64,000 bases of DNA from Flavobacterium sp. Lineage in GTDB: Bacteria > Bacteroidota > Bacteroidia > Flavobacteriales > Flavobacteriaceae. Location of the stretch: the NCBI RefSeq assembly GCF_044339515.1, contig NZ_JBIIVK010000007.1:6776-70775 (forward strand), given 5' to 3'. The stretch's first letter is position 1; the number at the start of each line of letters is the position of its first letter. Below the pieces are notes generated by a model. The model searched no databases. It was not told where the DNA came from and saw nothing but the letters and a program-made list of their open reading frames with translations. A program made the translations under genes and the position numbers. Below, in pieces: positions 28,075 through 36,732 of the stretch.

Positions 28075-28872
28075 ATGAGACTGTTTTTTTTATACTTCAT
28101 TTTGCTGATTTCATTAAAATCAATCGCTCAAAACACAAATGCTAATCCTGCTCAAAAAGAAGCCCAACAAAAAATTGTAGACGAATATGTGCACAATTGT
28201 GCCAAAAACTATTCGTTTTACCAAATGGCAGAATTGCAAGAATGTTTAGACGAAGGACTCAAAAAAGACTATACAATTGCTTATTTATGGCAACAAAAGG
28301 CAATGCCTTTATTTAAAATGAAAAAGTATGAAGCCGGAATGGTTTTTTGTGACAAAGCGGTAGAACATGATCCGCAACGATGGTTGTCTTATCGAGCTTA
28401 TATCAAATGCATTTTTGCAAAAACATACAGAGAAGCAATTATCGATTTTGAAAAATGCAAAGAAATGCATGGTAATAGTTATGAAATGGATCACACCTAT
28501 AATTTCTACATTGCCTTATCACATTTACAATTGAATGAATTCGCAAAAGCCGAAGAAATATTTAACACAGATATTTTAGAACAAATTGAACAAAAAGGAG
28601 AAGCCCATCACCTCGATTTATTTTATTACGGAATATCATTATATGAACAAAAAAAGTGGGAACAAGCTATCGAAGAATTTGACAAAGCCATCTCGCAATA
28701 TGAAAATTTTTCGGATGCAAAAGTCTATAAAGCTTTTTGTTTAGGACGTATTGGTCAGGAAAAAAGAGCCAATGATTTGTTGTTGGAAGCCAAAGCAGAT
28801 GCTAAAAACGGTTACACAATTAATGAAGACAACATGATTCACGAAGTATATCCGTATAAAGTGAAATGGTAA
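28075..28872 (+). CDS. Secreted TPR-repeat protein
   Basis: Signal peptide and repeated helical YGISLYEQKKWEQAIEEFDKAI-type units. Confidence 0.75.
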   Translation: MRLFFLYFILLISLKSIAQNTNANPAQKEAQQKIVDEYVHNCAKNYSFYQMAELQECLDEGLKKDYTIAYLWQQKAMPLFKMKKYEAGMVFCDKAVEHDPQRWLSYRAYIKCIFAKTYREAIIDFEKCKEMHGNSYEMDHTYNFYIALSHLQLNEFAKAEEIFNTDILEQIEQKGEAHHLDLFYYGISLYEQKKWEQAIEEFDKAISQYENFSDAKVYKAFCLGRIGQEKRANDLLLEAKADAKNGYTINEDNMIHEVYPYKVKW

Positions 28873-28873
28873 A

Positions 28874-29581
28874 TCACATTTTCAAATAAAAATCTTTAGT
28901 CAAATCAATATATTCTTCTGTGTATTTATGTCTAGAAGTTTCAATAACCAGTTCATCTGCTTCTAAAACAGGCAATTCATAACGTTTAAAAGCCAATAAA
29001 CTTCGTTTGATTTCTGTGTTAGGAGTGCCTTTTATGCGAGTTACTTTTACCGGAAAAAGCTCAACCTCTGCACATAAATCAATAAATTTTTCTTCTTCTT
29101 TATATGGAATAATCACGGCAAAAATTCCGTTTTCGGAAAGTAATAAATTAGCGGCTTCAATCAAATCTTCAAAAGGCATTGCCTCTTGAAATCGTGCTAA
29201 ATCACGTTGTGAATTTTCGGTTTTATAATCTTCGGAATAAAAAGGCGGATTAGAAATGATTAAATCATACTCATCTTCCGGTTCGTCGACAAACTCATCT
29301 AAACCGGCGTGAAAGCAAAAAAGTCTATCTCCCCAAGGTGAATTTTCAAAATTTTCTACGGATTGTTCATAAGCTTCTTCGTCAATTTCTAATGCATCAA
29401 TTTGTTCAGCATTGCTTCGTTGGGCAATCATTAAGGATAAGATTCCTGTTCCCGCACCAATATCCAATACAGAAAAAGGATTATTTTCAATCGGACACCA
29501 GGCTCCCAACAACACACTATCAGTGCCTACTTTCATAGCACATCGATCTTGTTGAACAGAAAATTGTTTGAATTGAAACAC
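28874..29581 (-). CDS. tRNA1(Val) (adenine37-N6)-methyltransferase (YfiC/TrmN6)
   Basis: FQFKQF...MKVGTDSVLLGAW, LDIGAGTG, SNPPF; GTG start. Confidence 0.92.
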   Translation of the reverse strand: MFQFKQFSVQQDRCAMKVGTDSVLLGAWCPIENNPFSVLDIGAGTGILSLMIAQRSNAEQIDALEIDEEAYEQSVENFENSPWGDRLFCFHAGLDEFVDEPEDEYDLIISNPPFYSEDYKTENSQRDLARFQEAMPFEDLIEAANLLLSENGIFAVIIPYKEEEKFIDLCAEVELFPVKVTRIKGTPNTEIKRSLLAFKRYELPVLEADELVIETSRHKYTEEYIDLTKDFYLKM

Positions 29582-29589
29582 GGTGATTA

Positions 29590-29683
29590 ACGATTTATGA
29601 TTGAAGATTTTTGATTTCAGAACCTGAAACCAGACCCGAGGCGGAGCCGAAAAGAGCGAAGCTGAACTTGAAACCTGAAACTT
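29590..29683. repeat. Heptamer arrays around a GC-rich core
   Basis: ACGATTT ATGATTG AAGATTT TTGATTT; AACCTG AAACC-[AGACCCGAGGCGGAGCCGAAAAGAGCGAAGCTG]-AACTTG AAACCTG AAACT. Confidence 0.7.
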
Positions 29684-29684
29684 T

Positions 29685-30209
29685 CTAAAGATACATCTCC
29701 ACCAAACCTTCCGGCAAATTCATAATCACCTTCTTGTTATCTCGATCTACTTTAATCAAAAACTGATCAATCATTGGAATTAGCATTTCTACATTTCCAT
29801 TTAGCACTTCAAAAAGAGGTTGAGCGGTTGAATCGTTGATGGATACAATTTTTCCCACCACACCTAGCCGTTGGTCTTCAACTTCAAAACCAATCACTTC
29901 GTGATAATAAAATTGATTTCCTTCTAATTTTGGTAAAAACGAAAGCGGAAGATAAAGTTCGCAACCCATTATGGCGTCGGCATCTTCCTCAGTGTCTACA
30001 TCTTCAAATTTCACTCTGAGAAAGTCATTTTTATGTAGTGAACTATTTTCAATAAAAAATGGAACCAAATTTTTGTTTAATTCAACAAAAACTGATTCCA
30101 TATTTTCATATAATTCAGGTTCATCTGTATCTAAATAGACCAAAACTTCACCTTTAAAACTAAATTTTTTAGCGATTTTGCCAAGATAGAAGCATTCTTC
30201 TTTTCGCAT
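29685..30209 (-). CDS. rimM: Ribosome maturation factor RimM
   Basis: LGKIAKKFSFKGEV, FYYHEVIG, LIPM, LPEGL; follows rpsP. Confidence 0.97.
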   Translation of the reverse strand: MRKEECFYLGKIAKKFSFKGEVLVYLDTDEPELYENMESVFVELNKNLVPFFIENSSLHKNDFLRVKFEDVDTEEDADAIMGCELYLPLSFLPKLEGNQFYYHEVIGFEVEDQRLGVVGKIVSINDSTAQPLFEVLNGNVEMLIPMIDQFLIKVDRDNKKVIMNLPEGLVEMYL

Positions 30210-30221
30210 TATCGCAAAATA

Positions 30222-30794
30222 TTAAGCTTCTTTTTCTTCGTTTGCTTCTTCAGCAGCAGGAGCTTCTTCAACAGCAGGAGTTTCCTCAGCAGCCACTTCG
30301 CTTACTTCTTCTGCAACTTCCTCAGTAGCTTCAGCCGCTTTTAATGCTTCAGCCGCAGCGTTTGCACGTTTTTCGTTAGCCGCTTTCTCAGCTTTTAATG
30401 CCTCAGCTTTTGCTTTTTCTTGAGCTTTTGTTAAACCTTCTTTTTTAGAAGTAACTTTATTTGCTTTTTCATCTAACCAAGCGGCTAATTTAGCATCCGC
30501 TTGCTCTTGAGTTAAAGCACCTTTTCTAACGCCACCATCCAAATGATGTTTCAACAACGCTCCTTTGTATGAAAGGATTGCTCTTGCTGTATCAGTTGGT
30601 TGTGCACCATTGTGTAACCATTGAACAGCACTGTCCAAGTTTAAATCAATTGTTGCAGGGTTAGTGTTTGGATTGTAAGTTCCGATTTTATCTAAGAATT
30701 TACCATCTCTTTTGGCTCTTGCATCAGCAGCCACAATCCAGAAAAAAGGTTTTCCTTTTTTACCGTGTCTTTGTAATCTAATTTTTACTGGCAT
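30222..30794 (-). CDS. rpsP: 30S ribosomal protein S16 with Ala/Glu-rich extension
   Basis: MPVKIRLQRHGKKGKPFFWIVAADAR...GAQPTDT. Confidence 0.98.
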   Translation of the reverse strand: MPVKIRLQRHGKKGKPFFWIVAADARAKRDGKFLDKIGTYNPNTNPATIDLNLDSAVQWLHNGAQPTDTARAILSYKGALLKHHLDGGVRKGALTQEQADAKLAAWLDEKANKVTSKKEGLTKAQEKAKAEALKAEKAANEKRANAAAEALKAAEATEEVAEEVSEVAAEETPAVEEAPAAEEANEEKEA

Positions 30795-31000
30795 AATCGT
30801 ATGATTAAATTGTGAGGTACTCGACCTCTGTTAATTAAGGGTGCAAATATATAAAAGTTTTTTGGATTAAAAACCAACGCATTAAATTTTATTTAAATAA
30901 CCGGATTCAGCTTGTTTTGAACGTTTTTAACAAAAAAGTATGTCTTATATTCACCAGAAAAACTATTTTTGTACTCTCGAAAGTAAATACATTCAACATA

Positions 31001-31498
31001 ATGAAAAAATATTTTTCCCTTTTAGCTCTTGTTTTTCTTTTTATTTCTTGTGAAGAAGATGTGGTTTTAAATTCACCTTCAGTACAAGGAAGATTGGAAA
31101 ATACCTTTTGGAGAGCCATTGATTCTGATGCAGTTTTACAACCTAACGGTGGTTTGGTAATCACTGCTAAGGCCCGTTTGCAAACATTGACGCTCCGAAT
31201 TCCTTCCAGAAATGTGGGAACCTATGTTTTGGGCGTTAACCAATCCAGAGTGGCTTCTTTTGTTTTTGAATATGATGAGAGTGAATTATTTTACACCACA
31301 GGCGTAACTACAGAGGAAGATTTTCAAGGCGATGGTGAAATTAAAATTACCGAATTTGACGCTGCAAACGGAACAGTTTCCGGTTCATTCCGTTTCAATG
31401 CCGTAAATGTAGCTAACAATCCATTAGGAGGTGAAATCTTAAATTTTAACCAAGGCGTTTTTTATAAAGTTCCTGTGACCGGAATTGAAGAAGATTAA
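31001..31498 (+). CDS. Lipoprotein of unknown function (DUF6252-like)
   Basis: ATG at 31001: MKKYFSLLALVFLFISC lipobox; GEIKITEFD..NGTVSGSFRF. Confidence 0.75.
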   Translation: MKKYFSLLALVFLFISCEEDVVLNSPSVQGRLENTFWRAIDSDAVLQPNGGLVITAKARLQTLTLRIPSRNVGTYVLGVNQSRVASFVFEYDESELFYTTGVTTEEDFQGDGEIKITEFDAANGTVSGSFRFNAVNVANNPLGGEILNFNQGVFYKVPVTGIEED

Positions 31499-31517
31499 TC
31501 AATAAAAAAATCACTTA

Positions 31518-31551
31518 AAAAGGCTTTTCATACTTTTTTGAAAAGCCTTTT
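31518..31551 (+). terminator. Intrinsic terminator
   Basis: AAAAGGCTTTTCA...TGAAAAGCCTTTTT. Confidence 0.8.
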
Positions 31552-31646
31552 TTATTTATTTTCAACAAATTATGAAATAAAAATCACAATTTGAGCGTGA
31601 TTGCCATTTTAATAGTTTACCTTTGTTTCAAATAATATTATTTTTT

Positions 31647-32021
31647 ATGAACATTTTTGTAGGAAGCCTTCCTTGGAGTATAGAGGAAGCAGATTTAAGA
31701 GAGTCTTTCGAGGCTTATGGAGTAGTAGACTCTGTAAAAGTAATTACTGATAAATTTACCGGAAAAAGTAAAGGATTTGGTTTTGTTGAAATGCCTAATG
31801 ACGAAGAAGGTCAAAAAGCTATTGACGAACTAAACGGAGCTACCGTTCAAGGTCGTGCTATTGTGGTAAACAAATCAGAACCAAAACCGGAAGGCGAAAA
31901 AAGAAGCTTTAACAACAACCGTTCAGGCGGTGGTGGTTACGGTGGTGGTGGAAACAGTCGTGGTGGCGGTGGCTACAGCGGAGGTGGAAACAGTCGCGGT
32001 GGCGGAGGAGGAAGATACTAG
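31647..32021 (+). CDS. RRM RNA-binding protein with glycine-rich tail
   Basis: RNP2 IFVGSL, RNP1 KGFGFVEM, twice GGGNSRGGGG; ATG at 31647. Confidence 0.93.
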   Translation: MNIFVGSLPWSIEEADLRESFEAYGVVDSVKVITDKFTGKSKGFGFVEMPNDEEGQKAIDELNGATVQGRAIVVNKSEPKPEGEKRSFNNNRSGGGGYGGGGNSRGGGGYSGGGNSRGGGGGRY

Positions 32022-32044
32022 TATTTTTTCTTTATAACATCAAC

Positions 32045-32076
32045 AAAACCATCCTGAGCAATCAGGATGGTTTTTT
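32045..32076 (+). terminator. Intrinsic terminator
   Basis: AAAACCATCCTGA-GCAA-TCAGGATGGTTTTTT. Confidence 0.85.
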
Positions 32077-32189
32077 GTTTTGTTGATAACTAAAATTGAT
32101 TTCTTCCTCACTAAAATGTATTTTTGAAATTGTAATTATCAATAGTTTTTTGAGCTAATTACTAATCACTTTTCACTAATCACTTTCGC

Positions 32190-35100
32190 ATGTATTTGAT
32201 CTTCGATACCGAAACCACCGGCTTGCCCAAACGATGGGATGCACCACTAACCGATACCAACAACTGGCCTCGTTGTATTCAAATTGCTTGGCAATTGCAC
32301 GACGAAATGGGAAATTTGGTTGAGCATCAAGATTATCTTGTGCAACCGGACGGATTTAATATTCCGTATGATGCAGAAAGAATTCACGGGATTTCTACCG
32401 AATTAGCTCAACAAAATGGTATTCAGATCAAAGAAATGTTGGAGAAATTCAATAGTGCATTGTCAAAAGCAAAATACATTGTTGGACAAAATGTTGGGTT
32501 TGATGTCAATATTTTAGGATGTGAATTTTTTAGAATGGGAATCGATTCACCCATGTCAAAAATGCCGATTTTGGATACGTGTACCGAAGTTACTGCTTCC
32601 TTATTAAAACTTCCGGGTGGTAGGGGTGGAAAATTCAAATTACCAACGCTTACTGAATTACATCAATACCTTTTTAATGAACCCTTTGCGGAAGCTCACA
32701 ACGCCACTGCCGATGTAGAAGCCACCACAAGATGTTTTTTAGAATTGATTCGAACCGAAGTTTTTACCAAAGAAGAACTCGACGTTGAACCGGAATATTT
32801 TGAAGATTTTCAGTTAAAAAATCCGAGGGCAATTCAATTAATTGGATTAAAACACATCAATCTCAAAGAAGCGTCTGAGCAAATTAGAAAGAAGCTTCAA
32901 AAAATTGAAAACGAAACGGTTCAAACTACCATTTCAGCCGAAGAGAAAAGAGATTTTAAACACGCAAAGTTTGCTCACCTTCACAACCATACACAATTTT
33001 CTGTTTTACAATCTACAATTGCGATTCCGGCACTGGTTTCTGCTACAGCTAAAAATAAAATGACGGCAGTTGCCATGACCGATTCAGGAAACATGATGGG
33101 AGCTTTTCACTTTGTGAGTGCTGTGATGAACCACAATAAAGCAGTAAAAGCGAAAATTGATGCGGCTGTTGCCAATAGCGAAGAACCGGAAGATGCTGAA
33201 ATTAAACCGATTGTAGGTTGCGAATTTTACATTTGTGATAACCATAAAGACAAAACCAAAAAAGACAACGGGTATCAAGTGGTGTTCTTGGCTAAAAATA
33301 AAAAAGGCTATCATAATTTAGCCAAAATGGCTTCTATTGCTTATATCGATGGCTTTTATTATGTGCCAAGAATTGATAGAGCAATAGTTGAACAATACAA
33401 AGAAGATGTAATTGTACTTTCCGGAAATTTATATGGAGAAATTTCCGGTAAAATTTTAAATATCGGTGAAAACCAAGCCGAAGAAGCTTTGCTTTGGTGG
33501 AAAGAGCAATTTGGCGATGATTTTTATCTCGAAATCATGCGTCATAATCAAGAAGATGAAAATCGGGTGAACAAAACCTTGATTGAATTTTCGCAAAAGT
33601 ATCAGGTTAAATTAGTGGCTACAAACAATACCTATTACCTAAATAAAGAAGATGCCAATGCACATGACATTTTGTTGTGTGTAAAAGATGGTGAAAAACA
33701 AGCCACACCAATTGGTCGAGGTCGAGGCTATCGATATGGTTTGCCCAATCAGGAGTATTATTTCAAATCGGAAGACGAAATGAAAAAACTATTTGCTGAT
33801 TTGCCCGAAGCCATTTTAAACATCAATGAAGTAGTTGATAAAATTGAAATTTTCGATTTAGCTCGTGGAGTTTTACTACCAAAGTTTGATATTCCTGAAG
33901 AGTTTTTAGTTTCTGAAGATGAAGAAGATGGAGGGAAAAGAGGTGAAAATTTATATTTGAGATATCTTACGTATGAAGGTGCTAAAAAGCGATACGGGAC
34001 TATTACTCCCGAAATTGAAGAACGATTGGATTTTGAATTAAAAACTATCGAAAACACAGGTTATCCTGGTTACTTTTTGATTGTTCAAGATTTTATCAGA
34101 GCCGCTCGTGAAATGGATGTTTCGGTTGGACCCGGTCGTGGTTCTGCTGCCGGTTCGGTGGTGGCGTATTGTTTGTGGATTACGAATATTGACCCATTAG
34201 AATACGATTTGCTTTTTGAGCGTTTCCTAAATCCGGATAGGGTTTCGATGCCCGATATTGATATCGATTTTGATGATGAAGGTCGTGGTCGTGTGATGCA
34301 ATATGTGATTGATAAATACGGTTCCAATCAGGTGGCTCAAATTATTACCTACGGTAAAATGGCAACCAAATCTTCGTTGAGAGATACCGCTCGTGTGTTG
34401 GATTTACCACTTTTTGAAGCCGATAAATTAGCCAAATTGATTCCGGGAATGATGCCTGGAAAATGGAGTTTAGCCCGATTTTTATCCGATTCAATTGAGG
34501 AAGTAAAAAAAGCTGTTCGTTCGGATGAATTTGATAATATTAAAGAATTAATTGCCATTGCCAACGAAGGTGATTTAGCCGGAGAAACCATCCAACAAGC
34601 AAAAGTGTTGGAAGGTTCGCTTCGAAATACCGGAATTCACGCGTGTGGAGTCATCATTACGCCAAGCGATATCACCAATTTCGTTCCTGTGGCAACGGCC
34701 AAGGATTCCGATTTATATGTCACTCAATTTGACAACTCGGTGGTAGAAAGTGCCGGATTGTTGAAGATGGACTTTTTAGGATTAAAAACCCTTACATTAA
34801 TAAAAGACACTGTTAAATTAATTAAATACAGAACCGGAAAAGAACTTGATCCGGATACTTTTCCCATTGATGATGTAAAGACGTATGAACTTTTTCAACG
34901 TGGTGAAACAGTTGGAATTTTTCAATATGAATCGGTTGGAATGCAAAAGTACCTTCGTGATTTAAAGCCAACCGTTTTTGGAGATTTAATTGCGATGAAT
35001 GCGTTGTATCGTCCGGGACCATTAGAATATATTCCGTCTTTTGTTCTTAGAAAAAATGGCCAAGAAGAAATAAAATATGACTTAGATGCTTGTGCAGAAT

Positions 35101-36704
35101 ATTTAAGCGAGACGTACGGAATTACAGTTTATCAAGAGCAAGTAATGCTTTTGTCTCAATCTTTGGCCGATTTTTCAAAAGGTGATGCCGACGTTTTGCG
35201 TAAAGCAATGGGAAAAAAAGATAGAGCAACGTTGGATAAAATGAAACCAAAATTTATAGAACAAGCTGCATCTAAAGGTCACGATGCAACTGTTTTAGAA
35301 AAAATTTGGAAAGATTGGGAAGCTTTTGCGAGTTATGCCTTCAACAAATCGCACTCTACTTGCTACGCTTGGATTGGCTATCAAACCGCTTATTTAAAAG
35401 CTCATTATCCTGCGGAATACATGGCGGCAGTGCTTTCTAACAATATGAATGACATCAAACAGGTTTCATTTTTTATGGAAGAATGCAAGCGAATGGGATT
35501 GCGGGTTTTAAGTCCGGATGTAAATGAATCGTTTTATAAATTTACTGTAAATGATGATGGTGCGATTCGTTTTGGAATGGGTGCCATCAAAGGAGTAGGA
35601 GCAGGAGCAGTGGAAACTATAGTTCAAAATCGATTGAAAGACGGAAAATATAAATCCATTTTTGATTTAGCGAAGCGTATCGATTTGCGTGCCGCGAATA
35701 AAAAGGCCTTTGAAAATTTAGCTTTAGCCGGTGGTTTTGATGGTTTTTCGTCTACGCATCGGGCACAATATTTCCATCACGATGGTGATAACATTACGTT
35801 TTTGGAAAAAGCGATTCGTTACGGAGCAAAATTTCAGGAAAATGAAAATTCGGCTCAAGTGAGTTTGTTTGGTGAAGCCAGTGATGTTCAAATTGCAGAA
35901 CCACAAGTTCCTCCTTGCGACGAATGGAGTACGATGGAAAAATTAGCCAAAGAAAAAGAAGTGGTTGGTATTTACATTTCCGGCCATCCGTTGGATGATT
36001 TTCGTTTTGAGATGAAATATTTTTGTAATTCTAAATTAGAATACCTTAAAAATTTGGAGCAACATGTGAATAAAACGTTGACTTTTGGCGGAATTATTAC
36101 CAACGTGCAACATCGTGTGGCTCAAAACGGAAAAGGCTGGGCATCCTTTATGCTGGAAGGATATGATGAAAGCTATGAGTTCAGAATTTATGGTGAAGAA
36201 TATTTAAAATTCCGACATTTTATCATTCAAAATAATTTTACGTTTATAAAAGTGATGGTGCGAGAAGGTTGGGCAAACAAAGAAACCGGCAAAAAAGGGG
36301 ATCCACGAATTACGTTTCAATTGATTCAGTACTTGCAGGATGTGTTGCCACAATTCGCTAAAAAACTAACCATTCAAATGGATATTATGGCATTGCAACA
36401 AAATTTGATTGCCGAGTTAAGTGCTATTTTTAAAACATTTCAAGGTGATAATGCGGTTACGTTTGAGGTAATGGAATTGGAAAAAGTAAAAAAAGAAGTA
36501 GAAATTAAACCAATTGCAATTGCTTCGGATGATGACTTAGATATTGAAAATTTAGAAGACATTGAAATAGAAATAGAAGCTCCAACGGAGGAAATAAGAG
36601 TTGTTAATCAATTATCATTGCCTAGTAGAAAATTAAAAGTCAAAATAAGTAACGAGCTTTTATCAGAATTATCAAAGTTGAACGTAGATTTTAGATTGAA
36701 TTAA
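32190..36704 (+). CDS. dnaE: DNA polymerase III alpha subunit with N-terminal DEDDh 3'-5' exonuclease
   Basis: FDTETTG...HNATAD exonuclease, PHP domain, GPGRGSAAGS, PDIDIDFD, KMDFLGL, FNKSH. Confidence 0.97.
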   Translation: MYLIFDTETTGLPKRWDAPLTDTNNWPRCIQIAWQLHDEMGNLVEHQDYLVQPDGFNIPYDAERIHGISTELAQQNGIQIKEMLEKFNSALSKAKYIVGQNVGFDVNILGCEFFRMGIDSPMSKMPILDTCTEVTASLLKLPGGRGGKFKLPTLTELHQYLFNEPFAEAHNATADVEATTRCFLELIRTEVFTKEELDVEPEYFEDFQLKNPRAIQLIGLKHINLKEASEQIRKKLQKIENETVQTTISAEEKRDFKHAKFAHLHNHTQFSVLQSTIAIPALVSATAKNKMTAVAMTDSGNMMGAFHFVSAVMNHNKAVKAKIDAAVANSEEPEDAEIKPIVGCEFYICDNHKDKTKKDNGYQVVFLAKNKKGYHNLAKMASIAYIDGFYYVPRIDRAIVEQYKEDVIVLSGNLYGEISGKILNIGENQAEEALLWWKEQFGDDFYLEIMRHNQEDENRVNKTLIEFSQKYQVKLVATNNTYYLNKEDANAHDILLCVKDGEKQATPIGRGRGYRYGLPNQEYYFKSEDEMKKLFADLPEAILNINEVVDKIEIFDLARGVLLPKFDIPEEFLVSEDEEDGGKRGENLYLRYLTYEGAKKRYGTITPEIEERLDFELKTIENTGYPGYFLIVQDFIRAAREMDVSVGPGRGSAAGSVVAYCLWITNIDPLEYDLLFERFLNPDRVSMPDIDIDFDDEGRGRVMQYVIDKYGSNQVAQIITYGKMATKSSLRDTARVLDLPLFEADKLAKLIPGMMPGKWSLARFLSDSIEEVKKAVRSDEFDNIKELIAIANEGDLAGETIQQAKVLEGSLRNTGIHACGVIITPSDITNFVPVATAKDSDLYVTQFDNSVVESAGLLKMDFLGLKTLTLIKDTVKLIKYRTGKELDPDTFPIDDVKTYELFQRGETVGIFQYESVGMQKYLRDLKPTVFGDLIAMNALYRPGPLEYIPSFVLRKNGQEEIKYDLDACAEYLSETYGITVYQEQVMLLSQSLADFSKGDADVLRKAMGKKDRATLDKMKPKFIEQAASKGHDATVLEKIWKDWEAFASYAFNKSHSTCYAWIGYQTAYLKAHYPAEYMAAVLSNNMNDIKQVSFFMEECKRMGLRVLSPDVNESFYKFTVNDDGAIRFGMGAIKGVGAGAVETIVQNRLKDGKYKSIFDLAKRIDLRAANKKAFENLALAGGFDGFSSTHRAQYFHHDGDNITFLEKAIRYGAKFQENENSAQVSLFGEASDVQIAEPQVPPCDEWSTMEKLAKEKEVVGIYISGHPLDDFRFEMKYFCNSKLEYLKNLEQHVNKTLTFGGIITNVQHRVAQNGKGWASFMLEGYDESYEFRIYGEEYLKFRHFIIQNNFTFIKVMVREGWANKETGKKGDPRITFQLIQYLQDVLPQFAKKLTIQMDIMALQQNLIAELSAIFKTFQGDNAVTFEVMELEKVKKEVEIKPIAIASDDDLDIENLEDIEIEIEAPTEEIRVVNQLSLPSRKLKVKISNELLSELSKLNVDFRLN

Positions 36705-36732
36705 AATACTTACTTTTGAGAAAATATACAAT

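Noticed and set aside
31927-32016. GGT-rich tandem repeats
   Set aside because: They simply encode the Gly-rich tail of the RRM protein.
32190-36704. Intein as the cause of the long (1504-aa) DnaE
   Set aside because: The length is explained by the N-terminal exonuclease and linkers. No Hint/LAGLIDADG or His-Asn splice motifs were seen and the core motifs are contiguous.
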